From IMG/VR virus record IMGVR_UViG_3300029812_000129, positions 5,332 through 69,331 of that record: a stretch of DNA of 64,000 nucleotides, one strand, 5' to 3'. A program made the translations under genes and the position numbers. Of this stretch, positions 31,051 to 40,326 are shown in pieces. Positions within the stretch are counted from its first letter, which is position 1. Each line of letters opens with the position of its first letter. The notes under the pieces were generated by a model, which saw nothing but the letters and a program-made list of their open reading frames with translations, had not been told where the DNA came from and searched no databases. The DNA is from a virus.

Positions 31051-31283
31051 ATGAAATTTTAATCTTTATTGTTATATTACAACTTACAACAATTGCATTA
31101 TTGCTTTATTTTATGCTTAAAGCCAAGGAATTATTTTCTGTGGTTTCTTCGTGCCTTGCATTAATAATGTCATCTCAAACAAAAATATTAAAACCATCTA
31201 AAGAAACCAAATCTAAGGGGGACGAAAGTTATAGAGTGTTAATGAGCGAATTAATGAAAAATAACAATTTAAAATTACATTAA
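31051..31283 (+). pseudogene. Small membrane protein with an apparent 1-nt frameshift after codon 3
   Basis: GGAGGT-A-ATG AAA TTT TAA; one extra T gives MKFLIFIVILQLTTIALLLYF..., continuing into ORF 31101-31283. Confidence 0.4.
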
Positions 31284-31292
31284 GGAGAAAAG

Positions 31293-31925
31293 ATGAATAA
31301 TAAAAATCGATTTATAAAATATATTACACTTGCAGTAATTATTTATGCTTTAACTCATTTATTTATATGGAAGATGGCACCTCCAATAGATACACCAAAA
31401 CTATATATAAACTATAATCCTGTAACAGAGGTATCACAAGAACGATTGGATGCATGGAGAGAATTAGCTCAGAAGACAGCAAAAAAAAATCAGGAAAGAG
31501 GTGAAACTATTGAAGCATTGGAGAGACAGATTGAGAAAGAAGAAACCAATAATACTCGACTTCACGAACTCAACTCTAACAACGTATCAAGAGCTACCAA
31601 AAGAATCACTACTAAAACGAATACTCAAACTTATACGCAAGGAGTAGAGCAATGGAGACCGTTGGTAAAAAAGTATTTCAAACCAGAATATGTTAATAAC
31701 GCTTTATCGGTTATGCAAGGTGAAAGCAGAGGTAATCCAACCGCTAAGAACCCAAACTCATCTGCAAGCGGTTTATTCCAGCATTTAGCAAGATATTGGG
31801 AAGGTAGAAGTGCCAAGGCAGGTTGGGCAGGAGCAAGCATCTTTGATCCCGAAGCCAATATAGCAGTAGCATCGTGGCTATCAAATGGCGGGGCTAATTG
31901 GGGGCATTGGGTGGTAAAACCTTAG
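31293..31925 (+). CDS. Lytic transglycosylase (SLT-like) with N-terminal TM and coiled coil
   Basis: GESRGNP catalytic Glu, ASGLFQ, DPEANI. Confidence 0.85.
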   Translation: MNNKNRFIKYITLAVIIYALTHLFIWKMAPPIDTPKLYINYNPVTEVSQERLDAWRELAQKTAKKNQERGETIEALERQIEKEETNNTRLHELNSNNVSRATKRITTKTNTQTYTQGVEQWRPLVKKYFKPEYVNNALSVMQGESRGNPTAKNPNSSASGLFQHLARYWEGRSAKAGWAGASIFDPEANIAVASWLSNGGANWGHWVVKP

Positions 31926-31935
31926 ATACAAATAT

Positions 31936-32010
31936 TGGGACGTAGTGTAATGGCAATGCACTTGCTTTGGAAGCAAGCTTATGGAGGTTCAAGTCCTCCC
32001 GTCCCAACCA
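31936..32010 (+). tRNA. tRNA-Pro(UGG), CCA encoded
   Basis: Acceptor TGGGACG/CGTCCCA; anticodon arm CTTGC-TTTGGAA-GCAAG; T arm GGAGG-TTCAAGT-CCTCC; ACCA end. Confidence 0.9.
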
Positions 32011-32027
32011 ATTTATAAGGAGAAATT

Positions 32028-32348
32028 ATGGATACGCAACAAGAATCACATTTAGAAAGAATTAAATATAAGCTTTTAGAGTTGGTTGACTCAAAATATA
32101 GGCGTGGGCAATCGAAACATGGTGGAGACCTATTAGATATGGGCTTAGAAGAACTTTTAGAAAATGCCTTAGATGAAGCAATTGACCAAGCAGTTTATAT
32201 TTTAACCATTTTAGAAAAGATTAAAGGAACAAAAACAGAAGTACACCCCATCTCCATTTTTGGCAAATGCATGGTATTAGATGCTAACGGCAAAGAATGT
32301 GCAGTTGATTTTAATAATGTTAAGTATACAAAAATAGAGGAGGAATAA
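32028..32348 (+). CDS. All-alpha NTP pyrophosphatase-like protein
   Basis: G..KHG..L...ALDEAIDQAVY. Confidence 0.45.
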   Translation: MDTQQESHLERIKYKLLELVDSKYRRGQSKHGGDLLDMGLEELLENALDEAIDQAVYILTILEKIKGTKTEVHPISIFGKCMVLDANGKECAVDFNNVKYTKIEEE

Positions 32349-32989
32349 TGGCAACAAAAAAAGTTAAGGCACATCAAAGGTACCGCAACAAAGATAATAA
32401 AATTGTACCAGGAGTTACAACAATTCTCGGAGTGTTAAATAAACCAGCACTCGTAAAATGGGCAAATAATCTTGGCCTACAAGGGATAGACTCAACAAAA
32501 TATAGAGATGAAAAAGCAGACATTGGGACACTCGCACATGCAATGATACAAGCACATTGCTCAAATACAATGTTAGACGTATCTGAATATTCTAAACAAA
32601 ATATAGATAAAGCAGAGAATGCATTAATTAGTTTTTATAATTGGGAAAAATCGCATAAAGTGGTTCCAATTTTAGTCGAAGAATCATTGGTTTCAGAAAA
32701 ATACCAATATGGCGGCCAAATAGATCTATATTGTGAATTAGATGGAGAAAAATGGTTAGTAGATTTTAAAACAGGAAAAGGAATTTATTCAGAGATGCTT
32801 CACCAGTTATCGGCTTATCATAATCTGTTGACGGAAAATGGATATGCAGTTGATGGTGCCAGAATACTTAGAATCGGGAGGGACGAAACCGAAGGATTTG
32901 AAGAAAAAGTTGTAGGAAATATGAAATTACATTTTGAAATGTTTAAATATTGTCGATGCATTTATAATTTAAAGAAGAAACTTAAGTAA
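32348..32989 (+). CDS. PD-(D/E)XK exonuclease (Cas4/RecB-like)
   Basis: PGVTTIL, GT..H, E, GQIDL, DFKT, QLSAY. Confidence 0.85.
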   Translation: MATKKVKAHQRYRNKDNKIVPGVTTILGVLNKPALVKWANNLGLQGIDSTKYRDEKADIGTLAHAMIQAHCSNTMLDVSEYSKQNIDKAENALISFYNWEKSHKVVPILVEESLVSEKYQYGGQIDLYCELDGEKWLVDFKTGKGIYSEMLHQLSAYHNLLTENGYAVDGARILRIGRDETEGFEEKVVGNMKLHFEMFKYCRCIYNLKKKLK

Positions 32990-33032
32990 TATTATGGTAA
33001 TATATAATAAGTCAATCTATTAGGAGGATAAA

Positions 33033-33569
33033 ATGAGCGAAATAAAGAAGAAAATTATTGTTAAGGATATTAAAAATGTTACATCTGCGAAAGGTAAAGA
33101 ATATCATAAACTTATTGATAAATACGATAATGAATTTCCTGTTTGGGACGCTGATTTAGCAGCAGAACTTCTTTCAATGAAAGATTCATATGTTGAAATT
33201 TCACACGTAGACGACAAATGGAAAACAGTCCAATCAGTTGTTGATTTATCCGATAAACCAAAGCCACAATCGATAAAGGAATCAACAGGTACCATTCTTA
33301 AAAGCTCTCCCGACACACAACAATCAATAGAATCGCAGTGTGCATTAAAAGCATCTGTAAAACTTGTCGGTGAATTTAAAGATTTTCTATATGAAAACAA
33401 GAAAGACTTTGCATGGGATGATATTATTGAATTAGTTGTTTCTACCCATCCGAAACTCCTTAAAGCTATTTCATCCGACAATTCACAAAAAGAAGAGGAA
33501 AGCATATATGCAACCGATGAAGAACTCTTCCCTGAAGAAGACAGAAAAGTTGGCGGTAAAAGGTTTTAG
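33033..33569 (+). CDS. Probable ssDNA-binding/recombination protein
   Basis: OB-like N-terminus, SI..Q.ALK, acidic tail; next to exonuclease. Confidence 0.4.
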   Translation: MSEIKKKIIVKDIKNVTSAKGKEYHKLIDKYDNEFPVWDADLAAELLSMKDSYVEISHVDDKWKTVQSVVDLSDKPKPQSIKESTGTILKSSPDTQQSIESQCALKASVKLVGEFKDFLYENKKDFAWDDIIELVVSTHPKLLKAISSDNSQKEEESIYATDEELFPEEDRKVGGKRF

Positions 33570-33646
33570 AAATAACGTTTAAAAAACCAACAACCATTTT
33601 GTATTAGATTGTACGATATAAACAGGAGAAAAATTAAGGAGAAAAG

Positions 33647-34189
33647 ATGTCCATATCAAAAAAAACAAGATTTGAAGTATTTAAACGTGATGGCTTCAAA
33701 TGTCAGTATTGCGGGCGGACACCCCCTGCCGTTGTCCTTGAATTAGATCATATAATCCCTAAATCAAAAGAAGGGGTAGAAAGTATGGATAATTATATAA
33801 CTGCTTGCTTTGATTGCAATCGTGGCAAAGGAAAACATTTATTAAGTAATACCCCTCCTGGTATTAATAACAATATAGAACTCCTTAAAGAGAAACGAAA
33901 GCAATTAAAAGATTTCAATCGTCTTATTGAACGACAAGAGAAAGAATATGAGGTTGGGATTCAAGCAATCAATAAAATATTCTCCGACAATTTTCCAGAT
34001 AAAACCCTTACAGATAAATTTAACAAAATATCGGCTAAACGCTTTCTTAAATTATTACCTACCCAAAAAGTTAAAGATGCTATGATTTTAGCTTGTTTGA
34101 CAAAATACAATGATCCAGGAAAAGCATTATCATACTTTTGTGGTATTTGTTGGAATTGGATTAAAAGACCGGAAACAAGGAGTTGGTAA
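33647..34189 (+). CDS. HNH endonuclease
   Basis: RFEVFKRD.F.CQYCG, DHIIP, AC.DCN.GK. Confidence 0.85.
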   Translation: MSISKKTRFEVFKRDGFKCQYCGRTPPAVVLELDHIIPKSKEGVESMDNYITACFDCNRGKGKHLLSNTPPGINNNIELLKEKRKQLKDFNRLIERQEKEYEVGIQAINKIFSDNFPDKTLTDKFNKISAKRFLKLLPTQKVKDAMILACLTKYNDPGKALSYFCGICWNWIKRPETRSW

Positions 34190-34190
34190 A

Positions 34191-34967
34191 ATGCCAAACA
34201 GAATAATCAAAGAATGTATTTTAACTTCGCCAAATTTTAATCAGCTATCTGTCTATGCAGAGAGGCACTTTTACCGATTACTTTTATTGTCTGATGATTA
34301 TGGATGCTTTCAATCAACACCAGCAATAGTTAAAGGAATTTGTTATCCCTTACAAGAGAGTATAAAAATTTCAGATGTTAAAAAATGGCAAGAAGAATTA
34401 ATAGTTAAAGGCATCCTGTCAACATGGGAAGACGAAGATCGACAATATTCTGTTTTTAAATCATTTAATAAGCATAACGCTAAATATGCAGTTACGGCTG
34501 AAGGGAAACCCACTAGGCATAGAAGAAAAACTCCTATGCCACCTGATAACATTCTTTGCCAGCCTTTGCCAAAGTTGCCCACTACTGAAGAAAATTGCTA
34601 TAATCCTAATCCTAATCCTAATCCTAATCCTAATCCTAATCCTAATCCTAATCCTAATCCTAGTCCAACTTTTTCTCCAGCAAGTGAAAAACTTAGCAGA
34701 AAATTATTCTCATTGATTCAACAAAATGACAGTAAAGCAAAGAAGCCTAATTTCTCTTCGTGGTCGGTAACTATCGACAAACTCATGCAGAAAGATGGAC
34801 GCTCCGAAGAAGAGATAGAGAAAGTTATGGAATGGTGCCAGAAAGATAATTTCTGGAAAGGTAATATCCTGTCAGCTAAGAAGCTTAAAAAACAATTTAC
34901 TCAGTTGGTAATCAAAATGAAACAATCAGCAGATCCAGAAGATGATAGATTTAGGGGGTTGCTATAA
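34191..34967 (+). CDS. Replication initiator (lambda O/DnaD-like)
   Basis: MPNRIIK..., DD.G N-terminus; C-terminal D.FW..NILS..KL.KQF..L; upstream of helicase. Confidence 0.8.
   Translation: MPNRIIKECILTSPNFNQLSVYAERHFYRLLLLSDDYGCFQSTPAIVKGICYPLQESIKISDVKKWQEELIVKGILSTWEDEDRQYSVFKSFNKHNAKYAVTAEGKPTRHRRKTPMPPDNILCQPLPKLPTTEENCYNPNPNPNPNPNPNPNPNPNPSPTFSPASEKLSRKLFSLIQQNDSKAKKPNFSSWSVTIDKLMQKDGRSEEEIEKVMEWCQKDNFWKGNILSAKKLKKQFTQLVIKMKQSADPEDDRFRGLL
34602..34661 (+). repeat. (AATCCT)x10 tandem repeat encoding (NP)10
   Basis: Ten perfect hexamers inside the initiator gene. Confidence 0.95.
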
Positions 34968-36766
34968 TGGATATTAAAGAATTGTCGGAAAGGCTTGCTA
35001 TTGATGTTGAAAACGTAGCATCATATTTATTGCCTCGTGGTAAACGTGTTGGGAATGAATGGTGCGTTGGTTCAATAGATGGTGGTGCAGGTAAATCTTT
35101 AAAAATTCATTTAAGTGGAGCCAAAGCAGGTATCTGGTCTGATTTCGCTACTGGTGATTCAGGCGATTTAGTTGATTTATGGAAATCTGTTAAAAACTTA
35201 ACAACCGTAGATGTTATTAAAGAAATTAAAAGTTATTTAGGAATAAAGGATAATAGCTTTTATCATTACTCAAAAAAACGATATGTTAAACCAGTAAAGT
35301 TTTCATGTAGTAAGCCACAGGGCAAAGTCCTAACATATCTGACACAAATACGTAAACTAACAAAAGAAAGCTTAGAAGCATATAAGATTAGAGCGAATAA
35401 AGATGATACAGAAATTATCTTTCCTTATCTCAGGGAAAGTGAACTTATAAATGTAAAGAGGTTAAAGCTTGGCAGATCTAATGGTAAGAAAATAATTTCA
35501 ACATCAATAAACGCAGAGCCATGTTTATTTGGCTGGCAAGCGATAGATGATGATTGTAGCAAAATTGTTATTTGTGAGGGTGAACTTGATGCCGCAACTT
35601 CATTCCAATATGGTTATCCTGCTTTGTCTGTTCCATACGGAGCCGAAAATCATCAATGGATAGATAATGACTATTCACGTCTTGAACGATTCTCTGATAT
35701 TTATATTTGTTTTGATAGTGATAAAGCAGGTAAAGATGGTTTAAGTGAATTAGTTACGAGGCTTGGGAGGCACAGGTGTTTAATAGTAAAATTACCCTAT
35801 AAAGACATAAATGAATGTTTACAGAAAGGTGTTTCTAAATCAGATATAGATAAAGTGTTTATGGCTGCTAAACCAGATGATCCCGCTGAACTTAAAGAAG
35901 CAATTACCTTTTATGAAGATGTTGTAAATAAATTCAATAATACTGATGAAGCTAGGGAAGGAGCTTGTCTCCCATTTGTTAAGGTAAAAAATCGTATTAG
36001 ATTGGCCAGAGGCGAACTATCTATATGGACTGGTTTGAGTGGGTCAGGTAAAAGCCAAATTCTTGGGCAAACTGTTCTTTCATTAATGGAGCAAGATGAA
36101 AAAATTTGTATGGCATCCTTGGAGATGAAACCAGTTTCTTTGCTTTATAGGCTTATTAGGCAAATAACAACATTAAGAGATCCGTCAACAGAAGAAATAT
36201 CTGATAGCTTCGGATGGTTATACCAGAAATTATGGATATTCGATTTAGTCGGTACAGCTAAATCAAGCAGGATTTTTGATGTTTTTTTATATGCTCGTAG
36301 GCGTTATGGGATAAGACATTTTGTAATTGACAGCTTGATGAAGTGTGGAATAGCCGAAGACGATTACAGAGGGCAAAAAGATTTTATTGATAAGTTGTGT
36401 GATTTTAAGACACTTCACGATTGCCATATTCATCTTGTCGCACACTCAAGAAAAAAGGAATCATCTGATAAAGTAGTAGATAAAATGGATGTTAAAGGGA
36501 CTGGTGCTATAACAGATTTAGCTGATAATGTTTTCTCATTGTGGAGAAACAAAAAGAAGGAAAGAGATATAGAGCAGGGCAAAGACGACTATACCATAAA
36601 AGAAAAACCTGATGCTATTCTATACTGTGACAAACAAAGAAATGGAGAATGGGAAGGCGGTATTCCTTTATGGTGGGATGGAGATAGTTTTCAGTTTATG
36701 GAAGATAGAGGAGATTTACCAAAAAAATATTTAGCAAATATAGGAAGAAAAGATATAAATGGATAA
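34967..36766 (+). CDS. Primase-helicase (T7 gp4/Twinkle-like)
   Basis: TOPRIM CEGELD and FDSDKAG; GLSGSGKS, IDSL, LVAHSRK, KQRNG. Confidence 0.9.
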   Translation: MDIKELSERLAIDVENVASYLLPRGKRVGNEWCVGSIDGGAGKSLKIHLSGAKAGIWSDFATGDSGDLVDLWKSVKNLTTVDVIKEIKSYLGIKDNSFYHYSKKRYVKPVKFSCSKPQGKVLTYLTQIRKLTKESLEAYKIRANKDDTEIIFPYLRESELINVKRLKLGRSNGKKIISTSINAEPCLFGWQAIDDDCSKIVICEGELDAATSFQYGYPALSVPYGAENHQWIDNDYSRLERFSDIYICFDSDKAGKDGLSELVTRLGRHRCLIVKLPYKDINECLQKGVSKSDIDKVFMAAKPDDPAELKEAITFYEDVVNKFNNTDEAREGACLPFVKVKNRIRLARGELSIWTGLSGSGKSQILGQTVLSLMEQDEKICMASLEMKPVSLLYRLIRQITTLRDPSTEEISDSFGWLYQKLWIFDLVGTAKSSRIFDVFLYARRRYGIRHFVIDSLMKCGIAEDDYRGQKDFIDKLCDFKTLHDCHIHLVAHSRKKESSDKVVDKMDVKGTGAITDLADNVFSLWRNKKKERDIEQGKDDYTIKEKPDAILYCDKQRNGEWEGGIPLWWDGDSFQFMEDRGDLPKKYLANIGRKDING

Positions 36767-37055
36767 TAAAACAGTACCTAAAAAAACAATAATTAATAAA
36801 AATAATGGTATTTTTATAATTTGCGAATTGATTAAACAATGTTTTGAACTTTCAGAAAACCAGGTAAAACGTAAATGTTATGGAAATACTTTAAATAAAA
36901 ATTGTAAAGAAGACTGCATATATTATTTTGATAGAACTATTAATTGTGCGGGGAGAGTAGAAAATACAAGATGTGATAATTGTTTTATAAAGAATTTAAA
37001 CTTAAACCATTTATGTAAACATGCAAAAAGGTTTTATTTTAATAGGAAAGGATAA
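36759..37055 (+). CDS. Cys-rich hypothetical protein
   Basis: Coupled ORF. Confidence 0.45.
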   Translation: MDNKTVPKKTIINKNNGIFIICELIKQCFELSENQVKRKCYGNTLNKNCKEDCIYYFDRTINCAGRVENTRCDNCFIKNLNLNHLCKHAKRFYFNRKG

Positions 37056-37056
37056 A

Positions 37057-38004
37057 ATGTCTACTATAGCAGAAGTTACAAAAGATGTTAAGAAAAAATA
37101 TGGAGATACAAAAGTAATAAAAGCATCTAAGTTAAATAATTATGGAGTTTTGCCAACTGGTATTTTAGCAATTGATAACATTTTAACAGATGGTGGATTA
37201 CCAAAAGGTTGTATAGTTGAAATCTTTGGTAATGTTGCTTGTGGTAAATCAACACTATTATTAAATATAATTGTTCAAGCACAAAAATACGGAACGGTCG
37301 TTTTGGCAGATACGGAATTTAGATTCTTCCCAGAATATGCTAAAAAATGTGGAGTTGATACAGACAAGTTATTAGTAATACGTCCAGAATATGCGGAAGA
37401 AGCTTTAGAAATAGGAGAAATGTATTTGAGAAGCGGAGACGTTTCTTTATTTGCCATTGATTCGGTTGCAGCCCTTGTCCCTAAAGCAGAGGTTGAGGGT
37501 TCTATGGATGATCAGCAAATGGGTCTGCAAGCCAGAATAGTAAGCAAAGCACTAAGAAAGCTGACAAGCGTTGTTAGCCAAACAGGATCTACGATGATTT
37601 GTATCAATCAACTTCGCACCAAGATAGGTGTTATGTTTGGGAATCCAGAAGACACGCCTGGTGGGAGGGCATTAAAGTTCTTTTCAACTGTTAGGCTTGA
37701 TTTAAGAAAAGTCAAAACATTAATTTCGGAGAATGATAAAAAAACACCAGTAGGTTCAAGGTGTAGGGTAAAAATAATAAAAGGGTTGGGGGGAGAAGGG
37801 AAAACCGCTGAAATGTGTTTGTTGTATGGCAAAGGGGTAGACAAAATAAATGATTTAATAGAAGGTGGGACAATAAACGGATCTATAAAACTTAATGGTA
37901 TGACTTATACTTATAAAGATGAAAAAATAGCTGTTGGTAGACCAAAACTATATACATTTTTAGCTGAACATCCAGAAATACAAAAGGAGATATTAAATGG
38001 TTAA
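37057..38004 (+). CDS. recA: RecA recombinase
   Basis: GGLPKG.IVEIFG...GKST, IDSVAALVPKAE.EG, QAR..S.ALRKL, INQLR.KIGVMFGNPE.TPGG.ALKF. Confidence 0.95.
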   Translation: MSTIAEVTKDVKKKYGDTKVIKASKLNNYGVLPTGILAIDNILTDGGLPKGCIVEIFGNVACGKSTLLLNIIVQAQKYGTVVLADTEFRFFPEYAKKCGVDTDKLLVIRPEYAEEALEIGEMYLRSGDVSLFAIDSVAALVPKAEVEGSMDDQQMGLQARIVSKALRKLTSVVSQTGSTMICINQLRTKIGVMFGNPEDTPGGRALKFFSTVRLDLRKVKTLISENDKKTPVGSRCRVKIIKGLGGEGKTAEMCLLYGKGVDKINDLIEGGTINGSIKLNGMTYTYKDEKIAVGRPKLYTFLAEHPEIQKEILNG

Positions 38005-38452
38005 TATTTATTTATCAGGAAGTATGGAAGATAGAAATTTTAACGAGGTTTTACTTGAAAGAGCACATGCCGAATCTCGGCTTATGGCTGAAGGGTTTAC
38101 TGTCTTTGATCCTTTTGATTGCATAGAAACCATTGATGGTGATATAGCTGTTGAAAGATATGAAGGTCTCGAAATGTCCGAAATAGTTGCCAGAGATGAG
38201 CTTGCAATAAAAAATAGCGATGCAATAATAGTTTTAACAGGAGATAATCCTACTACTGGCACATGGTTTGAATTCGCTTTTGCTCATTATTGTGTTAAAA
38301 TCCCTATTGTTGTAATTGCCCCCAACATAAAAGAAGGTAAAAAGCAGAACTGGACTACTTATAAAGCCACAAAAGTTGTTAGTGATATTGATACTGCTGC
38401 AAAATGGTTAAGTAAATTTTTCAAATATGAATTACTCGCCCTCCAAAAGTAA
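37997..38452 (+). CDS. Nucleoside 2-deoxyribosyltransferase-like protein
   Basis: IYLSG, F..FDP, D...I..SD, GT..E. Confidence 0.75.
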   Translation: MVNIYLSGSMEDRNFNEVLLERAHAESRLMAEGFTVFDPFDCIETIDGDIAVERYEGLEMSEIVARDELAIKNSDAIIVLTGDNPTTGTWFEFAFAHYCVKIPIVVIAPNIKEGKKQNWTTYKATKVVSDIDTAAKWLSKFFKYELLALQK

Positions 38453-38632
38453 TTTTATAACTGCCATTAATGCTCCAACTAAAGTAGCTATCGGAGAATT
38501 TGTGGTAATATCATATTCTACTTGTTCTGTGTTTTGGTTATATCTTATAATGATTTCATGTTTCCTTGTATCTAATGGATTTTCTTTCTTCTTATTCTTG
38601 CTATTAATACTTACTAATTTTAGTTTTGTCAT
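38432..38632 (-). CDS. Hypothetical protein
   Basis: Last ORF of convergent minus block. Confidence 0.4.
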   Translation of the reverse strand: MTKLKLVSINSKNKKKENPLDTRKHEIIIRYNQNTEQVEYDITTNSPIATLVGALMAVIKLLLEGE

Positions 38633-38655
38633 TATTTTCCCTTTCCATACTCAAA

Positions 38656-38880
38656 TTAATTATCAATTGACCCATTCCTGTTATTCCAAGCCCTTATAGC
38701 AATTTCTTTGCTTTTCTTGTGAGAGGTTTTTCCATGGCAGGATTTACAAAAAACACACCATGCATCACACAGCGTATACCCACCCCATCTTGATTCTGGT
38801 GGTGATGGCTTCCATTGTTTTGATTTGCTTAATTTCGCTTCTTTGCCGCAAAACGGGCATGACCTCAATTTATCTTCCAT
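38656..38880 (-). CDS. Lar-like (restriction alleviation family) zinc-finger protein
   Basis: L..CPFCG...C..C...AI.AWN.R. Confidence 0.65.
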   Translation of the reverse strand: MEDKLRSCPFCGKEAKLSKSKQWKPSPPESRWGGYTLCDAWCVFCKSCHGKTSHKKSKEIAIRAWNNRNGSIDN

Positions 38881-39064
38881 TTTTCTCCCTTATTATTTTG
38901 GCCTCTTTGGCCTGCTCGGTTAATTTTTTATTAAATTTGTCAGAAAATCTTATTCGGTCATCGTTCTGATAATTTTGCCTTGCAATATATGTTTCTTCGT
39001 GGCAATTAACACAATGACCGCCATAAACTTTACTCCCACAGTTTTCACAATATGTTTTATCCAT
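38870..39064 (-). CDS. Small zinc-ribbon protein
   Basis: CENC...CVNC. Confidence 0.45.
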   Translation of the reverse strand: MDKTYCENCGSKVYGGHCVNCHEETYIARQNYQNDDRIRFSDKFNKKLTEQAKEAKIIREKNGR

Positions 39065-39453
39065 TATTCTCCTTTCTCATATAGCCAGATGAGGGCAGTT
39101 GCAAGGGCTTCTTTAAGATTATTCCCTGGCAATATCTGCCTCCCCTTCGCAGTTATTGATTTTCCCATATATATTTCAAACCACACTAACCAGCTACCAT
39201 TTTCTTTTTGTCTTTCTATACCCCACTTAGCCCTTCTGCTCCCATCTATCGCCTCAATCAATTTATCGGTGGTTGGGTCGGGGAGAAGATATTGGCATTT
39301 ATTACAAGATATTCTAAGCATATCTGGTCTTTTGGCTACTGGTAAAACATAAAACGGGCAGCCCTTAAACCTTGATATTTCTTTAGGTATACAACAGTCC
39401 CGTTTAAATATCCCTAACTTCTTCAGCTTCTTCTGTGTTTCTAAGTTAATCAT
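39064..39453 (-). CDS. Hypothetical protein, paralog of ORF at 63677
   Basis: MINLETQKKLKKLG.F...C.YL..DPT. Confidence 0.5.
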   Translation of the reverse strand: MINLETQKKLKKLGIFKRDCCIPKEISRFKGCPFYVLPVAKRPDMLRISCNKCQYLLPDPTTDKLIEAIDGSRRAKWGIERQKENGSWLVWFEIYMGKSITAKGRQILPGNNLKEALATALIWLYEKGE

Positions 39454-40033
39454 TATCTTCTCCTTCTATTGGTAATATTACTAAATTACTAATATCATTA
39501 TTATCTTTTTCTTCTAAATGTGTTAAAATCCCTCTGTAGGGTAAACTTTTTTTATTTAATAACCAAATAAGATAATGTAATGGATAATACAAATCTTTAT
39601 TTATTTTTATAAATATAACATCATCTATTCTTTTTATTTTACCAAAAGCTTCTCTACAGCCAGCACATACAAATTTATTTTCTAATTTTCTTGCCCACTT
39701 CGCAGTATATCTTCCACGTTCTTCCCCACAAAGCACACATTTTGCTCTTCTATATTCTTTAAGTCTATTTTTTCTTACCCTCATCCTAATAAGCTTATTG
39801 CTACAAGCCTCTCTTGTCCTGCCAAGTTTTTTAGCAATTGTGTCCAATGAATCATGTGTGTTTCTGCGTAAAAATCTTAATTTTTCAATATCTTCTTCTG
39901 ACCACAATGGAACCGAAGCTCTACAAGATGGACATTTTTTGTTATTCCTATATTTAATATTCCTATTTTCGTTTTTTTCTATATAAAAATAACATCCACA
40001 AACTTCACATTTTATTTTTTCCATCATATTCAT
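39446..40033 (-). CDS. Zinc-finger/HTH protein with degenerate C-terminal HNH
   Basis: Four CxxC; WSEED...IAKKLGRT; H.LIW...P.....H.....N..SNL. Confidence 0.5.
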   Translation of the reverse strand: MNMMEKIKCEVCGCYFYIEKNENRNIKYRNNKKCPSCRASVPLWSEEDIEKLRFLRRNTHDSLDTIAKKLGRTREACSNKLIRMRVRKNRLKEYRRAKCVLCGEERGRYTAKWARKLENKFVCAGCREAFGKIKRIDDVIFIKINKDLYYPLHYLIWLLNKKSLPYRGILTHLEEKDNNDISNLVILPIEGEDND

Positions 40034-40134
40034 CTAAGAACCTCTTTTTTAAAAAATTAGCGATTTTATTGTTTGTTTAATACTACCATCCCATGCCTAC
40101 TCTAAAAGTTGCTTAAAATTGTGAAAAACATATC

Positions 40135-40326
40135 TCAGATGTCTTTTTGACGGTTCCGAGGGGATAGGTATACATAGTTTTCTGGATCTGGCGTTCCAAG
40201 TCGGAAAGGATAGAGCGGGCAAGAATAATCTGTGCATCCTCTGACTATTGTTGGCTGGCAATTGCAACATTCTAAACAAAAGTTTTTTACAGCGTCTTTT
40301 CTTGAAAGTTTCATTTTTTTAGCCAT
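40135..40326 (-). CDS. Small Cys-rich protein
   Basis: CLEC...C....CPLYPFR.G. Confidence 0.55.
   Translation of the reverse strand: MAKKMKLSRKDAVKNFCLECCNCQPTIVRGCTDYSCPLYPFRLGTPDPENYVYLSPRNRQKDI

Noticed and set aside
34486-34716. ORF with an ILILIL run; telomere-like TTAGGA repeat
   Set aside because: An alternative-frame reading of the in-frame (NP)10 repeat inside the initiator gene
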